NCBI GenBank assembly: GCA_958009085.1
Contig: OY253676.1
Span: 124,001 to 188,000, forward strand
DNA length: 64,000 nt
Direction of reading: 5' to 3'
DNA from: Protoeuglena noctilucae
Taxonomy: Eukaryota
Below are positions 11,326 to 30,329 of this stretch, piece by piece. How positions within the stretch are numbered: the first letter of the stretch is position 1; the number at the start of each line of letters is the position of its first letter. The notes under the pieces are model-generated. The model was not told where the DNA came from. It made no database searches and saw only the letters and a list, made by a program, of their open reading frames with translations. Both the position numbers and the translations under genes were made by a program.

Positions 11326-14300
11326 TCAATCCTCGTCTTTCAGCTCCTTTGCCAGCGACCAGAAGTGCTCGCACCCCGCCCCCCTCAGCACCCCCACCGC
11401 GCTTGCCTCCGAGTCCACCTCCAGGGTTCGGAACCCTTTAAATGCAGGCTCCAGTGCCGACCCCTGCCACACGAAACGGCAGCCGTTGCCCTCAGCGGCC
11501 TTCTGGGGGGGTATGGGGGGGGGTGGAGGGCATGTGTGAGACGCGTACACGACGAGACCGATAGGTCGGCACAGTGGAGATGGCCATGCATGGGAGTATA
11601 ACCCTGTCGCATCTGTTGTCGAAGCCATCCAAACATTTGTCATCCAACGCACCATCATTCTTGCCCTCTATGTCCACCACCCTCAACCACCCCCATCCAC
11701 TATCCACCGCGCACGCAATCATCCTGACTCTCTCCCCCTCGTCCGCGTCCTCGCTCTTCACCACTCTCATCATCTCATATAGCCACACTTACCCACTCAT
11801 GTAACCACTCTCATCCACCATGCACTCACTCACCCTGACCCTCTCCCCCTCGTCGGCATCCTCGCTCTCCAGCACCTCCCCCCAGTCAATGCGCTGCTCC
11901 ATGAGCTTGGTGTAGCGGCGGATGCTCTTCATGCAGCCCTCCACCACCACTGCGGCAAGTGACAGGACGATTAGATGAAAGATGGGTGAATGCGAACGGC
12001 ACCACCATGCCACCCCACCCCACCCCTCATCCTCTCATCCAATGCGACATCACATGTACACCACCCACCCCTCATCCCCTCACCCAATGCGAACGGCACC
12101 CCCACCCCATCCCATCCCACACCAACCCATCCCCCCCATCCCATCCCACACCAACCCATCCCACTCCTCACCCAATGCGAACGGCAGCCCCCGTCCTATC
12201 CCAATGCGACATCACATGTACACACCCACCCATCACTACTCACCCAATGCGAACGGCACCCCCATCCCGTCCGGCCCCGCGATGGCCCTCCCCGTGAGAT
12301 GGTTCTGCTCCGCGTTGATCTCCACCTTGAAACGATTGCGCTTGTTGACCAGATTGCCGATCTTGAACTGCAAAGGCAAGGGGGAGGATGGGGAGTGGGT
12401 GTTATGCGCCGAGCCAAAGGGTCTGGTACCGCATGGGGCATTCAAATGCGAACGATGAGTGATGATTCCTAGTAAATGACGTCACAGTGCAATCAAACAC
12501 AGCCCTGCATCCTCACATCCCCACCCCACACTCCACCCCCCTCACCACGGCCACCACCGTCTCGGGCGTCTCGTCGAACATCTTGCGGATCTTCTTCTCC
12601 CTCTTCTGCGATCAGAGATCGGAAAATGAGGACAATAGACTTCATTCACACTTCACTCTCACAGCCCCACAATCCCCATCGCACCCCCACCCGATGCCAC
12701 CCTCGCAGCCCACCCATCCCACCCCTCTCACCACCCACCACCCCTCCCCCCAGCACCCCCCACCCAACCCCACCCACACCCACCCCCCACCCCACAGTCA
12801 CCCCCCCTACCCCACAGTCACCCACCCTATCCCCCCACCCAACCCCCCTCACCTCCGCGGGCGTCAGCATCCTGGCCAGGTTCCTGTCGTTGTGCGCCTG
12901 CTGCCTCTCCGCCATCTGCCGCCGCACTTCGCGCTCCACGGCTGTAGGGTCCGCCGCCGCCTCCGCCCCCAGCACCCGGTGCAGGTTGGAGATCTTAACC
13001 TTGGGCTTGGGGGGCTCCAGGAGGCCCTGCTTGACCAGCTCCTGGGGGAGGGAAGAGGGGTGGGGGGTTGCAAAGCGATTGACCAGGTGCTGAGGGGGGG
13101 AGGGGGGGGGGGAGAGGAGAGGGTTGGGTCCCATCCACCATTCATCCACCCACCATCTCTCACCTGCCTCTCCCTCTCCCTCACCATTCATTCCTCCACC
13201 ATCTCTCACCTGCCTCTCCTTCTCCCTGGCCAGTCTCCTCTGCGTCCTCAGCTTCTTCATCTCCCGCTGCGTCAGCTTCAGTGGCTGGGGGGGGGGCAGG
13301 GGGGCCTCCGCGGGGGGCTCCAGGGGGACTTGGGGGGAGGGTAAAGAGGGAAGGGGGGGGGGGGGGGGTTACTTATCACGGGGAGGGCAGAGAGTGGGGG
13401 GCTACTAGTATGGGGAGGGCGAAAAGATGGGGGCTATTACTATGGGCAGGGAGGGAGGGGTCAAACAGGGCTGATCAAAGCACTGGAATCACCACGCTGC
13501 CACCGCCACGCTACCAGTGTTGCTGTCACCCCCATCCCCATCACCATCACCCGTCTCTCACCCGGGTGCTCCACGTATGCCGTGATTCGCGCCTCGTTGA
13601 TCGCCGCGTCCCCCATTGGCCCAGCCGCGTCGTCGTAGCCGCGCCCCTCCGCCAGAATGCGCGCGTCCCACCACTCCACGTCGGGCACCTCCATGCGCTG
13701 CTGGCTGCGGGGGAGGGAGGGGGTGATGAGGGCGATGGGGGTAGTGAGGGTGATGGGGGTGATGAGGGTGATGAGAGACATGCGTAGTGATGAAAAGGAT
13801 AGCTGGGCAGGCGGGGGCGAGTGGTGTGAGACGACTTTTACCAACCCCACCTCATCCTCACCATCACTCCCCACTCATCTACTATGCCCCATGCACACAT
13901 CCCACCCCTCACCGTATCCTCCTCTCCATCTCCGCCCTCTTCTCCGCCTCCTTCCCCGCCACCTCCGTCTTCTCCGCCTCGTCCTCACGTCTCCTCTCCT
14001 CCTCCAATGCCATCTTGATCGCCTCTTTGTTCTCCAATCGCTCCTGCTTGCGGATCTGACCGCGCAGGGCCTTCACGGACTCCATCGCAGCCTCCTCCGT
14101 CTCGCCTCTGTTGTGAGAAGTGGGGGTGAGGGTGGGGGTGAAGGTGAGGGTGGGGGTGGCAGCGGGGGTGGCAGTGAGGGTGGGGGTGAGGGTGGGGGTG
14201 AAGGTGAGGGTGGGGGTGGCAGCGGGGGTGGCAGTGAGGCTGGGGGTGAGGGTGGGGGTGAAGGTGAGGGTGGGGGTGAGGGTGGGGGTGAAGGTGAGGG

Positions 14301-15205
14301 TGGGGGTGGCAGCGGGGGTGGCAGTGAGGGTGGGGGTGAGGGTGGGGGTGGGGGTGGGGGTGCATGGGGACGTGGCGCATCTTCATGCACGCCCATGATT
14401 GTCGCGTCCCTCATCGGCTCTCACCTGGCCACGGCCCTGTTGAACTCGGCCTGCAGTTGGTATTTGCCACGGTCCACGAACTCGAGCGCCCTCGGCCGGG
14501 AGTGCCGCGCCGCGCGACGCGCCAGGTACCATTCCTCGTCGGCGCTCGGTTGCGGGAGGGCATCCTGAACTGGCGCGGGCTTGGCGCCGGGGGGAGCGGC
14601 CTTGGGGATCTTTTTGAGACGCTCTGCAGCGGGCGGGCGAGGAACGAGATGCTGCGCCGCGGGTGCGGGTCTCGGGGCCAGTACACGAGCGCGGGTGATA
14701 GATAAGAGTAAAATGGTCGATGTTTTGAACCAAGCTGCGGTCCGGCGACGCGGCGCGGGCGGCGACGCACCTGCCAGCTGCTTCTGCAGCTCCAGCGCCT
14801 TCTTGGCCTTCGCGATGGCATCCAGGTCAACGGCGGGCTTCGGTGGAGGTGCTCCGGAACCTCCCGGGGCACTCGACGAGGCGCCGGGCACTGCGGCGGG
14901 GGAGGGGCAGGGAGCGTTGCGCAGCCCGGTCCCACGCGCACCCCGGGTGACGCTTGCAAGCGCGCCTCGCACGTCTAGTAGCGTTTTTGGACGAGATGCC
15001 GACCATCGAGCGCATGCAAGAGCCACGCCGTCCTCCTGGCTTGTCCCGGCAGGGAAAGCATGGCCGGGGCGCCCAGCTACCGGCAGGTGCTCCCCCGCAG
15101 CGCTTCACCTTGCGTGATCACTGGCGCCGTCGCAGGCCCCGATCCCGCTCCAGGCGCGTCCCATCGCGCCCTCTTGCGCCGGGTCCCCTCGGCGGGATCG
15201 GCCAT
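11326..15205 (-). CDS. PRP3: U4/U6 snRNP protein Prp3, multi-exon
   Basis: [95 protein letters not shown] and CRFVWQG. The start at 15205 is inferred. Confidence 0.92.
11989..12265. repeat. Interleaved intronic repeats containing copies of a PRP3 exon-end/donor junction
   Basis: CTCACCCAATGCGAACGGCA at 12079, 12167 and 12239 (the real junction), partial at 11989. CCAATGCGACATCACATGTACAC at 12039 and 12201. Confidence 0.9.
14121..14362. repeat. Intronic minisatellite with a 60-bp unit built from GGGGGT/GAGGGT-type hexamers
   Basis: Unit TGGGGGTGAGGGTGGGGGTGAAGGTGAGGGTGGGGGTGGCAGCGGGGGTGGCAGTGAGGG at 14121, 14181 and 14271, with a half unit at 14241. It lies inside PRP3 intron 14109-14424. 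Confidence 0.95.
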
Positions 15206-15590
15206 CGATGCCCTGAGCGTGCGGCCGCTGGCCCCGCGGCACGGCACAGAGCGCCAGGCCCGTCTCCCCTTGGCCTACCAAACTCAGTCTCCCCGCCAAT
15301 CAGCCAAAGTCGCTTCTGTGGCGACTAGCCCCTCGTGGCACCAAGAAAGCAAATGCGTGGGAATTCCTGCGACTGGAGAGCCTCACAGAAGCGCGGCCGA
15401 ACGCAGGGGCATGCAGAGTCCTTGTGGTCACCCATCTGTGCCCGAGAGGTCGCGTAAAACGCAGAAAGGGCCGAATGGTCCTGCCAGTCCCCAGTGTCGC
15501 CGACACGAGGTGCTTCCGCCGCGCCCCGGGCTCTCCTTCTCCAGTCCCTCCCCGTCCTTTCCGCCTCAAGTGTAGGAAGAGCGTGGGAGG

Positions 15591-16630
15591 ATGGCGAGCC
15601 TTTGCGCGTCGTTCGCTCGCCTCTCGGTGGGCGGCCCAAGGGTGAGGAGGCCTGCGAAACGGTGGCTGAGTTGCCTTATCTGTGTCCTTGAGGCCGGCAC
15701 GGTCTCAGGGACTGCCTGGGCCTGGGGAGACGGCGGACACGCGCCGACGCGCCCTCCCCAGGGCTAGAGCGCCACCGCGACGCGCGCCTGTAGCTCATGC
15801 ACTTCTCACACATGTCTTGCTTGCGCGCGCGACTCCGAGTCTCGGGCTCTTGGCCACACCATTGGCCAGCCTCGTTTATCTGACTCCGCGAGGCCTCCCC
15901 AGCGTCGCGAGGGGGGTGTTTTGCACGCATTCGTCTCCTTACCACCGAATACAACGCGGGAGCAGCCGGGATGCGCGCCTTTCCGCCCCCTTGTCCGGGA
16001 AGACGAGGCAGTCCACCGGACGCGTCGCGTGCCTCTCTCGCAGGCCCTCGCCTCCTCTCGCAACGGCATCGTGGCGTCCGTGCGCGTCGCGGCGGCGCCG
16101 AAGGCCGTGCGCATCGCGCGCGCTGCGGTGGTGGAGGTGGTGGACGGGTACAAGCTGAAGACGCGCAAGGCGGCAGCCAAGGTGCCGTGGCGGCCCGCGC
16201 GTGGCCTTCCGCGAGTCGCTCTCGGCGGAAACACCTTTTGTTCAGTATTACTCATGTCCTGTCTATGCGCGGCATCGATGCGCGCCCGCGCGGCTTTGTA
16301 ACACACGACAGACCGCGTGCCGCCCCACTCGCAGCGCTTCAAGGTCACTGCGACGGGCAAGATCATGCGCCGCAAGCCGGGGAAGCAGCACATCAACGAG
16401 AAGAAGGGGCGGAACAGGCGAGGGCGCGGGATAGGGCCCCCAAGCGGGGCGCGGTGGCTCGTATGCTGCGAGCGGGAATGGCGGTGCTCAGTTTGGTGTT
16501 TATGTAACCGCCCCTGCCCCTCCGCAGGCTCCGGAAGCTGTCGGGCGAGGACCCCGTCTCTCATTCGGACTACAACAACGTCATCTCGTGCCTCCCCTAC
16601 GCGGGCATCAGCAAGCGCGCCCTCAACTGA
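15591..16630 (+). CDS. RPL35: Plastid 50S ribosomal protein L35 precursor (4 exons)
   Basis: Ser/Ala/Arg-rich transit-like N-terminus, then GYKLKTRKAAAK|RFKVTATGKIMRRKPGKQHINEKK..|LRKLS..DYNNVISCLPY. Confidence 0.93.
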
Positions 16631-17099
16631 GGGGTAGGTCACCCTCCTTGCCGGAAACCGCTTTGAATAGAACACGATGTTGTGTGGGGTGTGTTCCGGG
16701 TGGGTTGCGGAGGTGGAGATGTGGCAGTGTGTGGGGCACTCGTCGCTGTAATTGAAAGGCGACTTGTGACGGTGATCACATAGGGGAACTGCGTTCAAAC
16801 ACGGCCGGCCTTGATGAGCGCGGCGTCGATCAAAGTAAGTCCGGGAGAGCAACAAAACGCCCTAACCCCATCTGCCCACTCCACCCGTCACGCTCTCGTC
16901 CCTTCGCCCCCATCACTCCTTTCACCTATTCCAATCCTCTCCCCATCCTCCACACCGCTGGCACTTGGCATCTTTCCACCAACAGCCGCCTCACTGCTGC
17001 CTCACTGGTCCTTCTGCGCTCACTCAGGGCAATGGGAGCGTCACATGACAACCGCCTAACACAGCCGAACCAGCCTTTGCATGCCAGCACGTTCGGCAG

Positions 17100-23653
<6,554 letters not shown>

Positions 23654-24482
23654 GGCAACGACTGATTTGCGCACCTACAAGCGGAGAATCTGAATTATAG
23701 CAAGCCGGCGCGCGTTGGCGGACGCTGCCGCGACGCGATGCCGCGGTACTTCCGGCAACGCATGCGCACTGTCCAGCCAACTCGCGAACGCACCTGCAGC
23801 GTCAGCGCCCAGGCGGCGATGTTCTCCGCGACCACCGCATGGCGGCTGCCTGCGTCCCTCCGCCTGCTACTCCTGCGCGAGGGAGAGGGCACGCGATGAC
23901 AACGTCGTGACATTCCCCTCCCCGCTGGAGCTGCTGGGGCTCTTGCGCCGCGACACCCAGCGGTCCCCGACTTTGAAACCTCTTGCCCTCTCACGAACAG
24001 CCAATCCCCACGCCACAGCTCCCGGCTGGGTGCCCACGCGCCCATCTGCCACACCCCGGAACCCTCCAGCAACATTTCTCCTGCCATAAAAACCGAGGAA
24101 AGATAATGGTGGTAGTAAACCTCTCCGGCCTGCGCATCGGGCCCCGCCTCCTCGAAAAGGACGCAGAAAAGCCCAGCAGAGCCCCGGGGCCCGCTTTAAA
24201 GCAGCGCATACGAGTTCCATGAACGAAAACCTGCCATCGCGGCGCAGAAAAGGGACGCAGAATACCCCGCGGGCCGCAAAGGGCCTCACATTGATGCCTG
24301 GCCCCGATCCGCCGCAAATCGCCTCTCTCCTGCGCTGGCAACCACGGCCCGACCAAAGTGTGCCCCCGAACTCCGCGCAGTTACGCGGGAACTGCGCTTG
24401 CGCCAGACACATGCCCCGAAGTCGGGCGTCAGACCGACACGGTGTTCAACATTGCGCAAGAGAGCCTGGCCATCGCTCGGCT

Positions 24483-26485
24483 CTAACCCACGGTCAGGCT
24501 GCCCCCCAGCTGCGGGGTCAGGGCGAGGTCGCTGGGCGGGGCCGCACCGTCGGCGCGCCCAGAAGTGGCGTAGCGCAGGGGCGCCCCCACGCGCTTGAGC
24601 TGGTCGCGCAGGTGCGCCCAGTCGCTCATCGTGAACGTCCGGAACGTCCAGCGCTTGCACACCACCTCCTCCCGGACCTGGTCGAGTTTGGCGTCCAGCA
24701 GGCCAGCCCCCACCACCTGCAGATGGCGTAAAACATGGGCCATTAAGGAGAGCTCACGTCAGGACTCGCAAGGCTCTGGGACACAGAGATGAGACCCGGG
24801 GCTCCCAGCAAGAGAGCCGTGCAACCAGGTGAGTGCCCGCACGCACTCGCACCTCGACCACAACCCTCTCCAACTCCGGAGCCTCGACCTGCAGGGCCTC
24901 CGTGAGCTTCTTGTACGGGATGGGGCTCCCGTCCGCCTCCTGCGCCGTGGCCAGCAGCGCCATGACGCGCCCCTTGCGCAACACCAGGTCCTTGGTCGTC
25001 TTGCACGACTCCAGCACCCCCGGGTGCTGGTTCAGCAGCGAGACCAGGTCTGCGGGGACGACGCAAACAGCGGGGCGCTTGCAGCGGCAGCAGACGCGGC
25101 GCTGCGGCTCCCCCTGCATGCCGCACGGCACGCCCGGCGCTTGCCTTTCATGTTGCCCGACACGAGCGCGTTGAGCGTGGCCACCTCCGGCGACGAGCGG
25201 AGGAGCTGCTGCACGGCGGAGGACCCCAGGAGGTCGCACTCGAACACCGTGGGGCTGCTGAGGAACAGCCGGGCCGCCTCGTTGGCCGCACGCGACACCT
25301 CCGACCCGGTCGTCGTCTGCCCGTCGAGCGCCCACATGGCGGCGTTGTACAGTGGCATCAGGTCCTCCGCCCCCGCCCCGGACGCGGACACGACGCGGGC
25401 CGTGGCCAGGTACAGCCCCGCGCTGTCCGCCGGGCCCAAGCCCCACTCGCGCGCCCACTTCTCGGCGTTGGGGCGGATCATCGTCGCCACCGACGCTGCG
25501 GCGAGAGGTGGAGTTAATAGCGGTCAGGTTGAGGCACCGGGGGAGTCGAGGGAATGGAGTTGCCAGACCAGGCGCTCCCCCGTGCTCACCGGACAGCGTG
25601 GGTTCGCTGACCCCGACCGACAGGATCGCACGGACCACGGGATAGCGGAACGGCCCGTGCGTGAAGTTGAACAGGTCCACGAGCGTCGCGAGGCGGTCCT
25701 CGGGGGGCAGCTGCTCGGCTGCCCGCACGAGCATCTCCACCACGCGGGTCGCCTGCGGGTCGGGGACCTTGCTCGCGACGGCCATGAGCATCGTCGCCGC
25801 CACCCGCCGCTCCTCTTCGGGAGCCCCCACGATCAGCGGCATCTGCAGGGCGCGGAGAGGGGCGGCGGCTGCGGGTGCCAAGCTGACGCGTCATCCGGGC
25901 TGCTCGCCCCGCAAGCCCCCGCGCGGGCGCGCCGCGGTCCGCAAAGAGCGCGACGTCCACGAACGCGGAGCGACGCTCCTTCGCTCCGCACCTGCCCGCA
26001 CAGGATGCCCGCCGCGCCCTCCTGATCCCCTTGAGCCAGCAACGACTCGCACTGCGCCACCAGCTGCCCCTGCGGACCACGCGGAGTGCTGAACTCAGCG
26101 ACACTAGCCACGCAAACGACCGGACACGTGGACACTGTCGCCAGCCAGCGCGAGCGGCTGGCGGGAGCGCTCGATGCGACGCGAGTGCTGCCGGGCGCAG
26201 CGCGCATACATAGCCGCGAATCGCAGCGCCCGATTCACCAATGCCAACCAACAAAGCATAGCAAGCAACTGGCATGCACTGCTGTCCAAACGACCCTTTC
26301 ACGCGCCGGGGATGGCGCCCGCAGCAGCCCGTGCGTCTGCTGGGCCCCCTGCATCCCCGCTGGCCCCTCCGCTATTCCGCCGATGCAGCGCCGACACCCA
26401 CCTGCTGCGCCCCCAGCTTGTTGGCGACAAAACGCGCCAAGGCCAGCGTGGAGTCCTCCACGGACTCCATCAGGAACGCAGTCAT
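24483..26485 (-). CDS. EIF3M: Eukaryotic translation initiation factor 3 subunit M (PCI domain)
   Basis: N-terminus MTAFLMESVEDSTLALARFV, then LVDLFN..RYPVV, PTVFECDLL, RKGRVMALL..IPYKKLTEALQV and GLLDAKLDQV..FTMSDWAHLRDQL. Confidence 0.8.
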
Positions 26486-27039
26486 GCGTTCCCCCCACCC
26501 CAGGCACACGCGGGACACCGCAAGCTCTTAGACAGGGCCAACGGATACTGCGACAGGGAGCCTTGTCCCGCCTGTTTGCGAGGCGGCTGAGGACTGGGCC
26601 GCTGAGATCGCGCGTGAGGGGAACTAGCAGCGGACGTCAATGCACAGACGGAAAGGCCGATGGCAGAAGCACACCCGAGATCTGAGCGTCGCGAGCCGTG
26701 ACACCTCGTTCGGGTCTTTTCTGACGCTTTTTCATTCTCCCGGGGTCTCCTGCGGGGCTAGCTGGGCTCGTGCGACACACAGCTGCGATTTACACGCAAG
26801 CACGGGGTAGCATCACTGTGCAGGGGGCAGCAGGCGTGGCGCAGGGATGGACATGCAGGCGAGGGCCGCGCCACGCCTGCCGACTCGGACAGCATATGCA
26901 ATGATACGCTAGTTCGGGCCCATGCGCATTGCCGGAAAGCCCATCACGCGTAGAAATGGGCGCGGGGAAGTTTTCCCAGAAAAAGACTTGCCCGGAGCCC
27001 GGGTTCCAGATCCGCGGACGCCCGCGCGCTCTTTGTTGG

Positions 27040-29881
27040 ATGGTTATTCCGATTATGCGTCCCACCGATCGCCATCTGTCGCACCTGCCTTGAGCGCCCT
27101 GCCCCCTTATTTTGGGAGCGCGGGGTCCACGCGCCAGGCCGTCCGCCGGGGCCGCGAGACGCACTTTCGCCGACACCATCCGCAGATTGGAGGACCCCGG
27201 GTCCTCGATGAGGGGGCCCAGCAGGAGACGGGGGAGAATGCGCGCCTGGTGAGCGTCCGCGCTTTCCGCACGACGTGCTTGCGCCTGGTCCCACGCCGTG
27301 TCCCTGGCCCCGCCCGCCAACGATGATACTATCAGCGTCATGCACTTTCTCGCGTCGGATCCCCGCGTCGTCCAGCGAGCGCTCGTCGGACGGGGCTCGC
27401 AAGGGCGCACTGCCCGCTGGGCTCTGGCCGGCGCCGCTCCTCTTCCCGCGCTGCCCCCGACCCTTCGCGAGAGTTACGCTACACCCCCGCCTTTCCATGC
27501 AGTCGTCGTTCGTCGGGGCCATCGCCATCGCGGACCTGGTGAAGACCACGCTGGGTCCCAAGGGCATGGACAAGATCCTGCAGTCCGTCACCGGGGGCTC
27601 GGTCTCTGTGACGAACGACGGCGCGACGATCCTGAAGGTGCGCGCCCGGGAGCGGCCCGGATGCGGCGAGAATGGTCGGTCGCCGCTGCTGCCGCATGCG
27701 TTTCACGCTTGCGGCCCCCGCAGTCCGTCTACATCGACAACCCCGCCGCCAAGGTCATGGTGGACATCAGCAAGGTGCAGGACGACGAGGTGCGGACGCC
27801 TTTGCCGCGCTTTGCTTGCTCCTCTCCGTCTTCGCACCGCAGCGCGACCCGATGGCGCTTCCCCACGCCCACCCCGCCGCCCTTGCCCTTCGTCCCAGGT
27901 GGGAGACGGCACGACGTCGGTGGTGGTCCTCTCGGGGGAGCTCCTGCGTCAGGCGGAGCAGCTGGTCAACCAGCGCATCCACCCCATGACCATCATCGGG
28001 GGCTTCCGCCAGGCATGCACCGTCGCCCGGGAGCGACTGGAGGCGTGCGCGTGGGACAACAAGGCCGACGCCCCCAAGTTCCGCGAGGACCTCCTTAACG
28101 TCGCACGCACGACCCTCTCCTCCAAGATCCTCACGCAGGCGAGACGCAGGCATGGCTTTGGTCTCCGGTCGCTGTGGCGGGTGTCACAGCCTTCCTGATG
28201 CCCTCTGGTGTCCTCTGGAATGCTTGTGACCGGCCACCGAGGCCGCCTCCACCCCCGCACCCACTGTGTGACCTCTGCCTTACTCAACTTCCACTTCACG
28301 CCTCTCCACAGGACAAGGATCACTTCGCGGAGCTTGCCGTGCGTGCCATCCTGCGCCTCAAGGGCCAGCCTAACCTAGACATGATCCACATCATCAAGAA
28401 GACGGGGGGCACGCTGGCGGACTCGTTCCTGGACGAGGGGTTCATCCTGGGCAAGTCGATCGGGGTCGGGCAGCCCAAGCGCATGACGGGGGCCAAGATC
28501 CTCGTGGCCAACACCCCCATGGACACGGACAAGATCAAGATCTACGGGGCCAAGGTCAAGGCGGACTCGATGCTCAAGGCGAGAGCCAGGGCTAGCGGGG
28601 CGGCCACAGTGCCCAGCGCGGGGTCGTAGGGCGATGTGCGCTGTGCGAAGCGTGGGGAGCAGTATTGGAACGTTGGAGAGATGAGCACTGCTTGTGGCAT
28701 AAGTGATGCGTTTGTTGCTGTCAGTGACGCTGTTTGGACTGAGCTGAGGGTGGCTGAGCTGAGGTGGCTGAGGTGAGGGTGGCAGCGTGCTTCGTGGTCG
28801 CAGGTGGCGGAGGTGGAGGCGGCCGAGAAAGCCAAGATGAAGGCCAAGGTGGATGCGATCCTGGCACACGGGTGCAACGTGTTCGTGAACCGGCAGCTCA
28901 TCTACGACTGGCCCCAGCAGCTGCTGGCGGACGCGCAGTGCATGGGCATCGAGCACGCCGACTTTGACGGGGTCGAGCGGCTGGCGCTCGTGACCGGGGG
29001 CGACATCGTGTCCACGTTTGACACCCCGGGGCAGGTGCAGCTGGGGTCGGCGGAGGTCGTGGAGGAGATGATGATCGGGGAGGTGAGGAGGGAGGGCATT
29101 GCGAGCGCGGCGGACCTGGGCGGGTGGGTTGGGATGGCTCTGACCCGCGGTCGCTCGCCCTGCCTGGCTCCAGGACCGGTGCGTGCACTTCAAGGGCGTC
29201 AGCAAGGGCGAGGCGTGCACGATCGTGCTGCGGGGCGCCTCGACGCACGTGCTGGATGAGGCGGAGAGGTCCCTGCACGACGCCCTGTGCGTGCTGCAGC
29301 AGGCGGTGCAGGACGCCAGGGTGGTGCCGGGGGGCGGGTACCCGGAGATCCAAATGGCGCAGGCGATCGAGGTGAGCGGGCGAGGACGGCGTCGCGAGCG
29401 GCGGGGCAGGCGCAGGGGGTGGGCGTACCAACGTGCCCCGCCGTGCACCCACCCAGGACGCCGCGCGCAAGACGGCTGGGAAGCAGTCCCTGGCGATGGA
29501 GGCGTTCGCGTCCGCCCTGCGCAACATCCCCGCGATCATCTGCGACAACGCGGGCATGGACAGCGCCGACGTGGTGGCCGAGATGCGGGCCGAGCACGCC
29601 CGGGCGGAGACCGAGGGCCGCAAGGTCTACCACGGCGTCGACGTGGTCCGGTGAGCGACATTGGGAGCTTGCGGGCTGCGGGGCAGGCTGAGCGACCTGG
29701 GCTGTGCGCTGACGCTGCCAATGGAGTCGCACGCAGGGGCACAACGGGGAACATGATGGAGCTGGGGGTGTTCGAGTCGTTCAAGGTCAAGCAGCAGGTG
29801 CTGCTGTCGGCTACGGAGGCTGCTGAGATGATCCTGCGCGTGGACGACATCATCAAGGCCGCCCCACGCCAGCGGCAATAG
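27040..29881 (+). CDS. CCT2: T-complex protein 1 subunit beta (CCT2); first exon uncertain
   Basis: [81 protein letters not shown] and [16 protein letters not shown]. Confidence 0.97.
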
Positions 29882-30329
29882 CGAGACTGACGCGCCTCTG
29901 GCGGCCTTGTGAATTCCTGCGCCTGACCGCCGCGTCATCGGCGTGCGACGAAGAGCTTTTGCCACCAGCGTCACCTCGCGTTCCTCGCTTCCCCGCGACG
30001 CCGTGCCCGAGAGACGGCAGCTAGGCCGTGAAGAGCAGATCCGCTTGCGCAACACAAGTGGCGCTGATCGCAACGGTTGGGGAAGATGAAGAGCCTGGCG
30101 TCGGCGAAGCAGTTCCAGCAGGGGACGGCGGTCCGGAGCAGGGGTCCCGCCAGGTGGGCGGAATCCCAGGGCGATGGGCAAGCGTAGGCCCGCAATGGTG
30201 GAATTCGACGACGAGCAACGCGACGCGACCGTTGGCTCTCGTCGCCTCGGGCCCAGTCCCGGGCTTGGCGCCATCGTTTGATGTGGGCCGCGAAGTGCCC
30301 AATCTCGATCTGTTTCTCTTCTTCGGCCG

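Noticed and set aside
11989..12265. CRISPR-like repeat-spacer appearance
   Set aside because: Spacing is irregular, the spacers are low-complexity, the repeat equals an exon junction, the context is eukaryotic and there are no cas genes.
14073..14414. Extensin-like SPPP ORF, and HP- or G/E-repeat ORFs in other frames
   Set aside because: These are translations of a minisatellite inside PRP3 intron 14109-14424, whose flanking exons join in frame without it.
16748..16752. TGTAA chlorophyte poly(A) signal after RPL35
   Set aside because: It is a single 5-mer and was not consistently seen behind the other genes.
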